From: Syntrophales bacterium
GTDB lineage: Bacteria > Desulfobacterota > Syntrophia > Syntrophales > PHBD01
DNA: 64,000 bases
NCBI GenBank assembly: GCA_963668175.1
Contig: OY764159.1
Location: 4,224,001 to 4,288,000 of the forward strand
Direction of reading: 5' to 3'
Shown: piece after piece, positions 18,061 through 27,744 of the stretch
How the letters are laid out: every line of letters starts with the position of its first letter
Position numbering within the stretch: position 1 is the first letter of the stretch
Program-made: the position numbers and the translations under genes
The notes under the pieces: generated by a model
Told to the model about the DNA's origin: nothing
What the model saw: the letters and a program-made list of their open reading frames with translations, nothing else
Database searches by the model: none

Positions 18061-19044
18061 TCATTCCCAGCCTACTTCCTTCATTCCAACCTTCTCGGAA
18101 AAGGCCGAAATCAGTTGAGCTGTAAATAAAATAGTTTTAAAGTCGTCGGCAACGGGCTCTCTGCAGCAACGGGCGAATTCGTTCAGCATATTGACATAGC
18201 AGTTCTCGGCAGGCAGCTCCACGCTCTCCATTGCGCCGCTGGCTGACCGCATATAAAGAACGGGCCTGTAATCGTCAGACTTTGAAAATATCCTGTCGGT
18301 AAAAATCACGCCTTTTTCAAACCAAAGCTCGGCTTGATTGATGTAGCAGCTGTTATAACTCCAGTCCAGGATTGCTTTGCCGCCATTTTCATATCCCAGG
18401 ACGCAGAAACCGGACTGGTCGATATGGTTTGCGTCGGCCCGATATTCCGCCAGTTCGAAACGGGGGCGCCCATCAAACAGTTCAGCGGCCAGGGAAAAAG
18501 TATAGCTGCCGACATCCAGCAAAGCGCTTGCTCCCAGGTTGGAGATAATGCGAAAGCCTGGTTGATCCAAGGCGGGGATGGAAAAACGGCAAATCAGCCG
18601 CCTGAGAGTGCCATACTGCATACCTTCAACCACCTCTTTCAGTTTCCTGAACTGCTGGTGGTACTTGTACATATACGCTTCGCCGACAAACAGACTCTTC
18701 CCCTGAGCCATCTCGAGCAATTGCCGCGAATGCGCAGAAGAAGTCGTCAGCGATTTTTCACACCACAAATGTTTTCCGGCATTCAGCACCGCTTTCCCTT
18801 GTGTGAAATGCAGGCCGGTCGGCGTGCAAAGAAAAACCGCTTCAATCTCCGGATCGGACAGCATCGTCTCGCCAGACGGATAGTATAAACAACCCAAGCG
18901 GCCAGCTTCCCGATTACCCACCTCCTTATCACGGGTACAGATGCCGACGAGTTCAACAGACGCCGCATCCTTAAGAGCCGCCAAAATACGTTTGCGGGCA
19001 TGTCTTCCCAGGCCCCAAATGGCCGTTTTAATACTATCGCGCAT
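18061..19044 (-). CDS. Gfo/Idh/MocA oxidoreductase (NDP-hexose ketoreductase-like)
   Basis: WGLGRHA, HLWCEKSL, ALLDVGSY motifs. Confidence 0.8.
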   Translation of the reverse strand: MRDSIKTAIWGLGRHARKRILAALKDAASVELVGICTRDKEVGNREAGRLGCLYYPSGETMLSDPEIEAVFLCTPTGLHFTQGKAVLNAGKHLWCEKSLTTSSAHSRQLLEMAQGKSLFVGEAYMYKYHQQFRKLKEVVEGMQYGTLRRLICRFSIPALDQPGFRIISNLGASALLDVGSYTFSLAAELFDGRPRFELAEYRADANHIDQSGFCVLGYENGGKAILDWSYNSCYINQAELWFEKGVIFTDRIFSKSDDYRPVLYMRSASGAMESVELPAENCYVNMLNEFARCCREPVADDFKTILFTAQLISAFSEKVGMKEVGWE

Positions 19045-20050
19045 ACAAAGGCCCGTATCTCAGGACGAAAAGCAGTATAGGCGTAACGCCGGCAAGGAAG
19101 ATAAGCCCGCCATACGGTCTATACACCACAGACAAATAGGCCAATGGTAAAAGATAAAAAAAATTGATGCCCATGATGAGACAGGTTACGAATTTATGAT
19201 TATTCAGGACCCGGGCCAGATTCTGATAGGCGTGGCTGCGGTGGGTCCGATACCAGCCCTTCACCAGGAACATCCGCAAAATGGTGGTGGTCGTGGTATC
19301 CGTTATAAAATAGGCAAGGATGATTAACCATGTCCAAATGGATAGCATCTCGTTTTTTACGGTAATTAACATCAGCATCCCGAAAATGCAGCCGAAGAAA
19401 TTGCTTCCCGCATCACCCAAGAACATCTTGGCGGGGGGCCAATTGAAAAGCAGGAAGGCTAAAGATGAAGCAGCCAGGACGATGAGCAGGAAACCGTACG
19501 GTTCAATCCCCATCCACAGAAAATAACCGCCGACGCTTATGGAAAAGAAAATAGCGCCGGAAGTAGCCAGGCCATCGATACCGTCCATAAAATTAAACGA
19601 ATTGATGAACCAGACAAACGCGACCGCAGCAATGGCGTTCGCTGATGCATTCAGACCGGGAACAGAGTCCAGGAAAGGATGATGTGGAATTCCGCCGAGC
19701 CAATACAGCCCCCAGCCTACGACCAGGAATTGTATGAAGAAACGAATGCTCGCTTTGATCTCCCAAATATCATCGAGAAACCCGGTAACCGACATGATCA
19801 GACCGCCGCCGAACAGAGCGATGAATTCTGCATTCTTTATGCTGCCGGACAGTCTTAAGAACAGGATGAAGGCCAAGAAAATTAAAGCAATTATAGCGCC
19901 GCCGCCCTGCGGAGTCACATTCCGATGCAGGCTTCGTTCATTGGGTATGGCGACCAATTTTAATTGCGGGGCATACTTCTTAAGAAAATAAATTCCTAAA
20001 AGACTGAGCGCAAAAGCAATTACAGGAAACCATATCATGAGCTTCATCAT
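19034..20050 (-). CDS. MraY/WecA-family undecaprenyl-phosphate sugar-1-P transferase (WbpL-like initiator)
   Basis: PNERSLH, GFLDD, NFMDGIDG, FNWPPAKMFLGDAGS, HRSHAYQ. Confidence 0.9.
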   Translation of the reverse strand: MMKLMIWFPVIAFALSLLGIYFLKKYAPQLKLVAIPNERSLHRNVTPQGGGAIIALIFLAFILFLRLSGSIKNAEFIALFGGGLIMSVTGFLDDIWEIKASIRFFIQFLVVGWGLYWLGGIPHHPFLDSVPGLNASANAIAAVAFVWFINSFNFMDGIDGLATSGAIFFSISVGGYFLWMGIEPYGFLLIVLAASSLAFLLFNWPPAKMFLGDAGSNFFGCIFGMLMLITVKNEMLSIWTWLIILAYFITDTTTTTILRMFLVKGWYRTHRSHAYQNLARVLNNHKFVTCLIMGINFFYLLPLAYLSVVYRPYGGLIFLAGVTPILLFVLRYGPLYAR

Positions 20051-20763
20051 TCTTCCGATGATACCGGTTTTCTTCTGCCTTTGACAATCGTCTGGCGGCT
20101 TCGCGCCAGGACCGTTTCACGCGGAGGAACATCTCGGGTAATCGTCGAGCCGGCACCAACTATCGCTTTCTCTCCCACTCTCACAGGAGCCACCAGTTGG
20201 CATCCTGAACCTACAAAAGCACTTTCTGCGATATAAGTATCGTTCTTCTTCACGCCGTCGAAGTTGCAGGTGATCGTTCCGGCGCCGATAATAACATCCT
20301 TTTCAAGGACGGCATCCCCGATATAACTCAAATGATTGACTTTGCAGTCAGGACCCATCGTTACTTCCTTGACTTCGACGTAATTGCCGATTTGCACGCG
20401 ATCGCCTATTTTCGTCCCGGTACGGATTCTGGCGTATGGTCCTATCAAACATGACTTGCCGATAACGGCATTTTCCACCATGGAGTTGGCCTGAATCTTC
20501 GTATCCGAGTCGATCGTCGTATTTTTAAGGATACAGTTGGGACCTACTGTAACGTTGTCACCCAATCTGACATCGCCTTCCACAATCACATTAATGTCAA
20601 TTTCAACATTTACACCGCATTCGAGGGAGCCTCTGATATCGAACCTCATGGGATCACGCAAATATACGCCCTGGGCAACAAGTTCGTTGGCACGCCGGAT
20701 CGATACGGCCCTTTCTGCACTTATCTTTTCTTCCAAATCAGTCATACGCGATTCCCTCATCAT
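20047..20763 (-). CDS. Stand-alone GlmU-like left-handed beta-helix acyltransferase (no uridyltransferase domain)
   Basis: GVYLRDPMRFDIRG, IGPYARIR, GNYVEVK, NHLSYIGDA, GAGTITCNFDG; only 238 aa. Confidence 0.85.
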   Translation of the reverse strand: MMRESRMTDLEEKISAERAVSIRRANELVAQGVYLRDPMRFDIRGSLECGVNVEIDINVIVEGDVRLGDNVTVGPNCILKNTTIDSDTKIQANSMVENAVIGKSCLIGPYARIRTGTKIGDRVQIGNYVEVKEVTMGPDCKVNHLSYIGDAVLEKDVIIGAGTITCNFDGVKKNDTYIAESAFVGSGCQLVAPVRVGEKAIVGAGSTITRDVPPRETVLARSRQTIVKGRRKPVSSEE

Positions 20764-21431
20764 GAGGTCATACGGATAATGTGCAGGCCTTCGCCATAGG
20801 CGAAACCGGACTGGCTGCCTCTAAACATGGCCAGGGCTCCGGCAGCCTCGATGGATCGGGGTCCGGGGAAAGGCGACACCTGACTTTTAAAACAGGAAAG
20901 GGCCTCTTTCTTGATCTCGATGGTTCTCGAAATATCCACGATCCAGTTCGGCACAAAATTGGACTCTATATGGGGAGCGTTCCAGTGGGTCTCGGACAGG
21001 GTTTCATAGGCGGCAAGGATTTTGATGTTTGCGCCCTTTCCTATCGGTCTTGCAGCAACCATCGCCGCATCAAACACCAGGCGATGATCAATATGACGAT
21101 CAGGGTAGGGGCAAACGACAAGGGAAGGCTTAAAATCGTTTACAACCCCGACAACCTTACTGTTTAATTCACTGATAGGAACATTGCCGATATACGTGGC
21201 GGGAATCTTCAGGTATTCACAATGGTCGACTCCCAGCAGTTCGTGCGCTTTTTTCGCTTCTTCCACCGTGACGGCGAAATCTTTTTCCGAATACAGGGGA
21301 GGGAGATGGCCCGATACCGTTAATACCATCACTTTGCAGTTGCAGTCTGCTAGTTTCTTCATAAAGCCGCCGACCCCCAACACATCGTCATCCGGGTGAG
21401 GGGCAATAACGAGGGCTCGTTCAAAATCCAT
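20760..21431 (-). CDS. PIG-L family deacetylase
   Basis: APHPDDD, HIDH, YETLSET motifs. Confidence 0.9.
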   Translation of the reverse strand: MDFERALVIAPHPDDDVLGVGGFMKKLADCNCKVMVLTVSGHLPPLYSEKDFAVTVEEAKKAHELLGVDHCEYLKIPATYIGNVPISELNSKVVGVVNDFKPSLVVCPYPDRHIDHRLVFDAAMVAARPIGKGANIKILAAYETLSETHWNAPHIESNFVPNWIVDISRTIEIKKEALSCFKSQVSPFPGPRSIEAAGALAMFRGSQSGFAYGEGLHIIRMTS

Positions 21432-21443
21432 GGTACGCCTCTC

Positions 21444-22694
21444 CTATTCGACAATACGGGCTGTGGGCATCGGTAGAATAAATTTTCCGCCCCGGTTTTT
21501 GTATTCTTTATGCTTTTCCATGATAGGTTCCGCAAAATTCCAGGAAAGCACGACCAGATAATCAGGCATTCGCTTGTAGAGTTCGTCTACCACCATGATC
21601 GGTATATGAAGACCCGGGGTGAACTTGCCCTGCTTTAAAGGATTGTCGTCGACAATATAGTCTATAATGTCTTTTCCCAGGCCGAAGTAGGTCAGCAGCG
21701 TCGTCGATTTGGTCGGCGCGCCATATCCGGCGATGCTTTTGCCCTGCATCTTAAGCGACCGCAATATACCGGACAATTCTTGCTTAACTGTATTTATCTT
21801 TTCATTGAAAGTTCTGAAAGTCTCAACCTTGTCCAGGCCCATTTCTTCTTCGAGCCGTACTAACGCGCTCACACTTGAATCGGCACGGCGACGGCCGCCT
21901 TTTTTCTGGACGCATACGCGAATGGAGCCTCCCTGCGGAGATATTCTTTTCACCGAAAGCAATCCCATGTCAAGGCTCTCGAAGAAAGGGATCAGCGGCT
22001 TTACGCTGTGATAATCCAAATGCTCATGATACATGGTATCAAACCAGGTGTTGCGATAAACATCCAGAAGGTAGCCGACTTCAAAAATGAACAACCCGTC
22101 ATCGGCCAACCAGTGTTGAACGCCGCGCATGATACCGGTCAGGTCGTCTATATGGGCGCAGGCGTTGTGCGATGTGATCAAATGAGCTGGTCCGTATTCT
22201 TTCAAAAGCTGTTGTCCGAGCGATTCCGAAAAGAATGTGGCGATGGTCGGTATGCCTTTTTCTGTCGCCTTGGCTGCGATTTCCGTCGCAGGGTCGACAC
22301 CCAATACCTTGTGACCGGCCTCTTTGAAAAATCTCAGGCAAGAACCGTCATTCGAACCGATATCGGCGACAAGCGCCCCCTTCGGAATTGCATATTCCGC
22401 CAATACATCCTTGGCATATTGACGGAAGTGTTCTACAAAAATGGGCGCAGTACCGGACACATACTTGTAGTCGTCCTGATAGAGAATCTTGGGATCGACG
22501 ACATCCGCCAATTGGACGTGAAAACAATTTTTACAGAAGCGGACGACGAGGGGATAGAAGGACTCCGGAATCAGAAGCTGCTCTTTAGAAAGAAAATTAT
22601 TACCCGGGGGAGTCGGCTTAAGCTCTATGACGTCTTCAAGCTGCTTCTGATTGCAGAGACGACAAGCGTCCCTGCGATAATAATCTTTATTCAT
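21444..22694 (-). CDS. NDP-sugar C-methyltransferase-type class I SAM methyltransferase
   Basis: N-terminal CRLC/CKNC zinc motif, DIGSNDG, YHEH, YGAPTK, DDNPLKQG, LSWNF. Confidence 0.88.
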   Translation of the reverse strand: MNKDYYRRDACRLCNQKQLEDVIELKPTPPGNNFLSKEQLLIPESFYPLVVRFCKNCFHVQLADVVDPKILYQDDYKYVSGTAPIFVEHFRQYAKDVLAEYAIPKGALVADIGSNDGSCLRFFKEAGHKVLGVDPATEIAAKATEKGIPTIATFFSESLGQQLLKEYGPAHLITSHNACAHIDDLTGIMRGVQHWLADDGLFIFEVGYLLDVYRNTWFDTMYHEHLDYHSVKPLIPFFESLDMGLLSVKRISPQGGSIRVCVQKKGGRRRADSSVSALVRLEEEMGLDKVETFRTFNEKINTVKQELSGILRSLKMQGKSIAGYGAPTKSTTLLTYFGLGKDIIDYIVDDNPLKQGKFTPGLHIPIMVVDELYKRMPDYLVVLSWNFAEPIMEKHKEYKNRGGKFILPMPTARIVE

Positions 22695-23163
22695 GACTCA
22701 CCAAACTGTCGGGGGCCATCAGCTGGACCCTAATGACATCGGCTTCATAAGCCTCCTGGTCTCGGAAATTGCGACTGATCGCCAGGAAATGCGTGTCTTC
22801 GGGGAAATATGTCGCATGTTCTTCCATAGGCGGCGTAAAAATCATGTCCCCTTTTTTGAAAGTTGTCTTCTTGATTTCGCCGGTATGGCCGTGGGGACGA
22901 TAGTAATAATCCATGATGCCGGACAGGATATACATATAGTGCCAGTCCGTCTTATGGTAGTGGTTTGACCGGAGCGATCCTTGCTTCGAGAAAATCAACG
23001 ACACGTTTCGCGTCGGTACATTGACCAGGCATTGTATAAAACCGCGATCGTCTTCATGCGCGGCATCCAAGGTAACAGAAATATCTTTTGGCCAATCCTT
23101 GGGATCGTCATCAAAAACCTTTTCCATCTTTGTCTCCTGTATCCGATATTGAGGGGTTATCAT
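22687..23163 (-). CDS. Cupin-domain sugar isomerase/epimerase-like protein
   Basis: DDRG, RSNHYHK, PPMEEHA cupin motifs. Confidence 0.75.
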   Translation of the reverse strand: MITPQYRIQETKMEKVFDDDPKDWPKDISVTLDAAHEDDRGFIQCLVNVPTRNVSLIFSKQGSLRSNHYHKTDWHYMYILSGIMDYYYRPHGHTGEIKKTTFKKGDMIFTPPMEEHATYFPEDTHFLAISRNFRDQEAYEADVIRVQLMAPDSLVSHE

Positions 23164-23359
23164 TCCGTTTCGTGGTCTCTTTTGCCATACTCAGTCATAC
23201 ATGTCAATATTATTGGCGACATAGCATCCTAAGGACTTACCGAAATTCATCATGTTCATGCGGCGTATACCAGATTTTACCTCTCCGCAACGACGCAAGG
23301 TTCCGGAGTGATGGGACGCTCGGTGGGATGCCAAGGAATACTGTTATCTTATCAAGGCC

Positions 23360-24487
23360 TTACTTAAACCAAACGGTCCGGTTGACATAGTCGATGTAGC
23401 TCAAAACAATTCTCAAGACCTTTTTGGAGACGTTGTCCACATCGTAATCGTAGACAAGCCTGAATTGACGTTCATCCTGAGAATGCTGGGCCGTCACGAC
23501 GCCGATGGCTTCCATGACGCGATCGGCTTTGAGACCGCACATGATCAAGACGCCTTCATCCATGCCTTCCGGCCTTTCGTGGGCCTGTCGGATCGTCACC
23601 GCCGGGAAATTGAGAATGGACGATTCCTCCGTTATCGTCCCGCTGTCCGATATGACGCAGAAAGCCTGCATCTGGAGTTTTACATAATCATAAAAGCCCA
23701 GCGGCTTTAAGAAACGAATCATGTGGTCGAGATTCTCCATCCCCATCTTTTCCAGCCTTTTTCTCGTTCTGGGATGGGTGGTCACAATGATCGGCATTTT
23801 GTATTTCCCGACAATCTGCTGCAACGTCGCCAGCAAATCTCCGAAGTTGACATCGCTGTCTATGTTTTCTTCCCGGTGGGCGCTGACCACGAAATATTTC
23901 CCCGGAGAGAGATCGAGACTTTTCAGAACATCCGATTTTTCTATTTGCGGCATATAGTGATACAGGATTTCTTTCATGGGAGAACCTGTTTTTATCACTG
24001 TCTCCGGCTTCAAGCCTTCAGCCAGGAGATAACGCCGGGCGTGTTCGGTAAGCGGCATATTGATATCGCTCAAATGATCGATGATTTTCCGGTTAAGCTC
24101 CTCAGGGACACGTTGATCAAAGCTTCGATTGCCTGCTTCCATGTGAAATACGGGTATCTTCCGCCGCTTCGCCGAAATCACGGAAAGACAGCTGTTGGTG
24201 TCGCCATATAGCAGGACGGCATCGGGTTTTACCTGCTCCATGATGTCATCCGATTTCGATATGACGTTGCCGATCGTCCTTGCCAGATTTTCCCCTGCGG
24301 CATCCAGGAAGAAATCCGGTTTCCTGATACCCAGGTCACGGAAGAATATCTCATTCAGTTCATAATCGTAATTCTGCCCCGTATGAACCAGGACATGGTC
24401 GGCATATTGATCCAGTTCATGCATGACCCTGCATAGTTTGATAATTTCAGGGCGTGTTCCTACAATAGTCATTACCTTTGTCTTCAT
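23360..24487 (-). CDS. fnlC: UDP-N-acetylhexosamine 2-epimerase (FnlC/WbjD/QnlB-type)
   Basis: VGTRPEIIK, HTGQNYD, GDTNS, HMEAGNR, SAHREEN, SDSGT, ERPEG. Confidence 0.88.
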   Translation of the reverse strand: MKTKVMTIVGTRPEIIKLCRVMHELDQYADHVLVHTGQNYDYELNEIFFRDLGIRKPDFFLDAAGENLARTIGNVISKSDDIMEQVKPDAVLLYGDTNSCLSVISAKRRKIPVFHMEAGNRSFDQRVPEELNRKIIDHLSDINMPLTEHARRYLLAEGLKPETVIKTGSPMKEILYHYMPQIEKSDVLKSLDLSPGKYFVVSAHREENIDSDVNFGDLLATLQQIVGKYKMPIIVTTHPRTRKRLEKMGMENLDHMIRFLKPLGFYDYVKLQMQAFCVISDSGTITEESSILNFPAVTIRQAHERPEGMDEGVLIMCGLKADRVMEAIGVVTAQHSQDERQFRLVYDYDVDNVSKKVLRIVLSYIDYVNRTVWFK

Positions 24488-24538
24488 AACCGTCCTTTAT
24501 TTCATTCGCCGTCGCTTTTCAGAAATGCTCGACTATCT

Positions 24539-25612
24539 CTATCGCAAAAGCTCTTCTCCCGAAGACAGATCCCCATCCTCAACCATTAATTTGTGGCGCT
24601 TTAATAATGCGATCGTCTGCTCAAGATCGAACACGGAATCCGAAGAACTGAATTCTTTCTTCAGCACGTGAACCGCTTCGTGTCCGTCTTCAATCAACTC
24701 GGGCAGCATGGGGAGAATGGCGTAGTAATCGCCGCGACGTACACAGTGGTACGCTTCCTCATCCGATACGAGAATCTCATGTATCTTTTCGCCCGGACGG
24801 ATACCGGTAACCTTGATTTCGACAGCGCGGTCTCCTATGAGCGCTTTCGCGATATTCAGGATATTCGTGGCAGGGGCATTGGGAATGTAGGTTTCTCCCC
24901 TTTTGGCGCCGGATAAAGCCGCAAACACCGTATCCACCGCCTGATCCAGGCTGAGTAAAAAGCGCGTCATTTCCGGAACCGTAATCGTAACGGGACCTCC
25001 GTTCTTTATTTGCTCGTGGAATAGTGGGATAACGGACCCTCTCGATGCCAGGACGTTACCGTACCGCACGCAGATAAATCGCGTCTTGGGATTCAGGATA
25101 TTGGCCGTCGTGATGATCCTTTCCTGGATCGATTTCGTCATACCCATGACGTTAATCGGTTTGCAGGCCTTATCGGTACTGATCGCCACCACGGTTTCCA
25201 CCGGATATCCGTTTTCCTCAATGGCGCGGACGATATTGGCGGCGCCCAGGCAATTGGTCATAACGGCTTGAACCGGAAAATACTCACAGGCCGGCACCTG
25301 CTTCAAGGCGGCCGCGTTGATGACGATGTCGGCATCCTTGACGACGGAACAAACGTCCGCATAATTGCGTACGTCGCCGATTCTGAACTCCAGAACGTTC
25401 ATGAAATTCCGGTATATCACCTCATCGGTGGCAACCAGCTTATGAAGATAAGCCATACGCATGTCATGCTGCTTCGCCTCATCGCGGGAGAACACGATAA
25501 TTTTATCCGGAGTGCCCCTTTCTCCGGTCAACATGCGGCGCACGAGGGTCTTTCCCATCGACCCTGTTCCACCCGTTACTAAAACAGTCTTCTTATCCAG
25601 ATTCATTCTCAT
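24539..25612 (-). CDS. fnlA: UDP-GlcNAc 4,6-dehydratase/5-epimerase (FnlA/CapE family)
   Basis: TGGTGS, FSRDEAKQ, AALKQVPACE, STDKA, RYGNVLASRGSV. Confidence 0.85.
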   Translation of the reverse strand: MRMNLDKKTVLVTGGTGSMGKTLVRRMLTGERGTPDKIIVFSRDEAKQHDMRMAYLHKLVATDEVIYRNFMNVLEFRIGDVRNYADVCSVVKDADIVINAAALKQVPACEYFPVQAVMTNCLGAANIVRAIEENGYPVETVVAISTDKACKPINVMGMTKSIQERIITTANILNPKTRFICVRYGNVLASRGSVIPLFHEQIKNGGPVTITVPEMTRFLLSLDQAVDTVFAALSGAKRGETYIPNAPATNILNIAKALIGDRAVEIKVTGIRPGEKIHEILVSDEEAYHCVRRGDYYAILPMLPELIEDGHEAVHVLKKEFSSSDSVFDLEQTIALLKRHKLMVEDGDLSSGEELLR

Positions 25613-26475
25613 TTCCCCTTTTCCCGACTTAATTCGTCAACCATTTGCTCCCACGAGGGAGTTTGATAATGAAATTGCCTTCGGAAGGCAGATGAATCGA
25701 GACTTCTGTCACAGTAGAAAGATTCCTCGGGTAAAACCTCCACCGAGGGATGCATTTTTTTGCCGATCATAGTTAACAAATCGAATTTACTGATAGGTTC
25801 GCTCGATACATTATAAAGTCCCGTAGCACCGGGATACTTCTCGACCAAGTTTATAACAATACGGCTCAATTCGCGCGTCGTCAGTCCCGTATAGATGGCA
25901 TTCCTGAAGCCCCGGACCTGACCTTTCTGTGCCAGAAACCATTCCAGAAGTTCCGTACCGTCTGACAGTTCCCGGCCAATGAACGAAGATCTCAGGGTGA
26001 TTACGTTGGCCCCCTGCACCTCTCCCAAAGCTTTTGTCCTGCCATAAAGGTCCGTTGCGTTTGCAGGAGCCGTATCCGGATAATGACCAGCCATCCCGTC
26101 AAAAACACAATCCGTACTGAAGTGGATGAGTCTTGCATTCAGTTCAAAAGCCAATCGCGCCAGTTTGTGTGGAAACAGGGCATTGATGACAATGCTGGGA
26201 ATCGGATTGCCCGCCTCTTCCCTTCGCTTTGTAATTCCTATGCAATTCAGAATCACATCCGGCCGGATGGCATTCAAAACGCCTGTGAGCAACGAAAGAT
26301 CGTAGATATCGACATGCTCGATGACCTTATCGCTGGCATATAGATCGTCACAGCCGTAATCTTTGCGTCCTTTCCGAATGGTCGTATATGTTTCAGGGAT
26401 TTGTGATGCGATCATTTCCCATAATGCATGGCCTAACATACCAGTTCCGCCCAGAATGACGAGTCGCATAGTCAC
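25609..26475 (-). CDS. RmlD-like NDP-4-keto-6-deoxyhexose reductase (QnlA/WbvR-like)
   Basis: GGTGMLG, HFSTDCVF, YGRTKALGE. Confidence 0.85.
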   Translation of the reverse strand: MTMRLVILGGTGMLGHALWEMIASQIPETYTTIRKGRKDYGCDDLYASDKVIEHVDIYDLSLLTGVLNAIRPDVILNCIGITKRREEAGNPIPSIVINALFPHKLARLAFELNARLIHFSTDCVFDGMAGHYPDTAPANATDLYGRTKALGEVQGANVITLRSSFIGRELSDGTELLEWFLAQKGQVRGFRNAIYTGLTTRELSRIVINLVEKYPGATGLYNVSSEPISKFDLLTMIGKKMHPSVEVLPEESFYCDRSLDSSAFRRQFHYQTPSWEQMVDELSREKGK

Positions 26476-27698
26476 CCCCTATACCCGCATAATTCCAAGA
26501 GCCAGCCATTGAGACGATTCAGAAGCAGATTGCGCTCGAAGTTGCCTTCAAAATATTCCCTCCCCCTTTCAGCCATACGTTCCCGCTCGGCAACCGGCAT
26601 CCGATAGAGTTTCAGGACTGTCTGCGCCAATTCATCGGGACTTTCCGCGGCGCATGTCAAGCCCGCACCGGCTTCTTCGACGACGCGGGCACCTTCCCCG
26701 TCCAAGGCAGCAATGATCGGCCTGGCACAGGCGAGATAGGATTGTACTTTACCCGGAATGGTCAGGGCAAATATGGGCTCCTTTTTCAGTGTAACCAGCA
26801 TGGCATCTGCCAGAGAAAAAAACTTGGGCATATCCTCCACGGGATATCGCCCGATCAAGTGAAATGTTGCGGAGAGGTTTCGTGCCGCGACTTGATCTTC
26901 AACCCATGATCTCAATCGGCCGTCCCCAATAATTACCCAATGTATATCCTTGTATTCTTTAATTTTTTCAGCGGCGTTTAATACTGTCTTAAAATCCTGG
27001 GCCGCACCGATGTTTCCCGCAAATACGATGCGGAATCCTAACGGCATCAGAGAACGTTCGGACGCATCAGAGGGAAGCGTCATTTTTCTGTATAACTCTT
27101 CAGCACCGTTCGGGAAATACCGTATTCTCTCCTTAACGATACCCTCTCTTTCAATATAGGATGAAAAAGTACGCGACTGCATCATGATCATGTCGCAATT
27201 TCTGTATATCGTTCTAATAAATATTCTTACGAATTTCAACAGATATGCTGCTTTTATAGCACCCGTTGCAGAAAGGCTCTCCGGCCAGATATCCTGCGCC
27301 CAATAGACGACTTTCGCCTTCTTAAGCATTTTAAAAAGGATCGCAGGAATACCTTCCGTAAAGGGCGACAGGCTAAAGAGGATCAGGTCATACTTCTTTC
27401 TGCAGTAGAACTGCCCCAATACGGAGGCACACAATGTGAATGACAGATAATTTATAATTAACCGCATTGTCCCGCCTGGTCCTCTCGGAATAAGCGGGAC
27501 CCTGACAACATCCACTCCTTGGTAGTTTTCTCTTCTTTTATTGCAACATGTATATCCGGAAAAATATTTACCACCCGGATAGTTCGGAATACCCGTCAGC
27601 ACGGTAACATCGTGCCCCTTTTCCCGCAAACCCGATATGACGTCATTATTCCGGAAGCTCTCCGGCCAGAAGTACTGCGTGATAAAGAGTATATTCAT
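26472..27698 (-). CDS. GT4 glycosyltransferase, WbuB-like
   Basis: TQYFWPE, TGIPNYP, QDIWPES, FAGNIG.AQ, TIPGKVQSY. Confidence 0.88.
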   Translation of the reverse strand: MNILFITQYFWPESFRNNDVISGLREKGHDVTVLTGIPNYPGGKYFSGYTCCNKRRENYQGVDVVRVPLIPRGPGGTMRLIINYLSFTLCASVLGQFYCRKKYDLILFSLSPFTEGIPAILFKMLKKAKVVYWAQDIWPESLSATGAIKAAYLLKFVRIFIRTIYRNCDMIMMQSRTFSSYIEREGIVKERIRYFPNGAEELYRKMTLPSDASERSLMPLGFRIVFAGNIGAAQDFKTVLNAAEKIKEYKDIHWVIIGDGRLRSWVEDQVAARNLSATFHLIGRYPVEDMPKFFSLADAMLVTLKKEPIFALTIPGKVQSYLACARPIIAALDGEGARVVEEAGAGLTCAAESPDELAQTVLKLYRMPVAERERMAERGREYFEGNFERNLLLNRLNGWLLELCGYRG

Positions 27699-27744
27699 TT
27701 TTTATCTTTGATGTCTACGCCCGATCTTATTTTTTTCTTATCTC

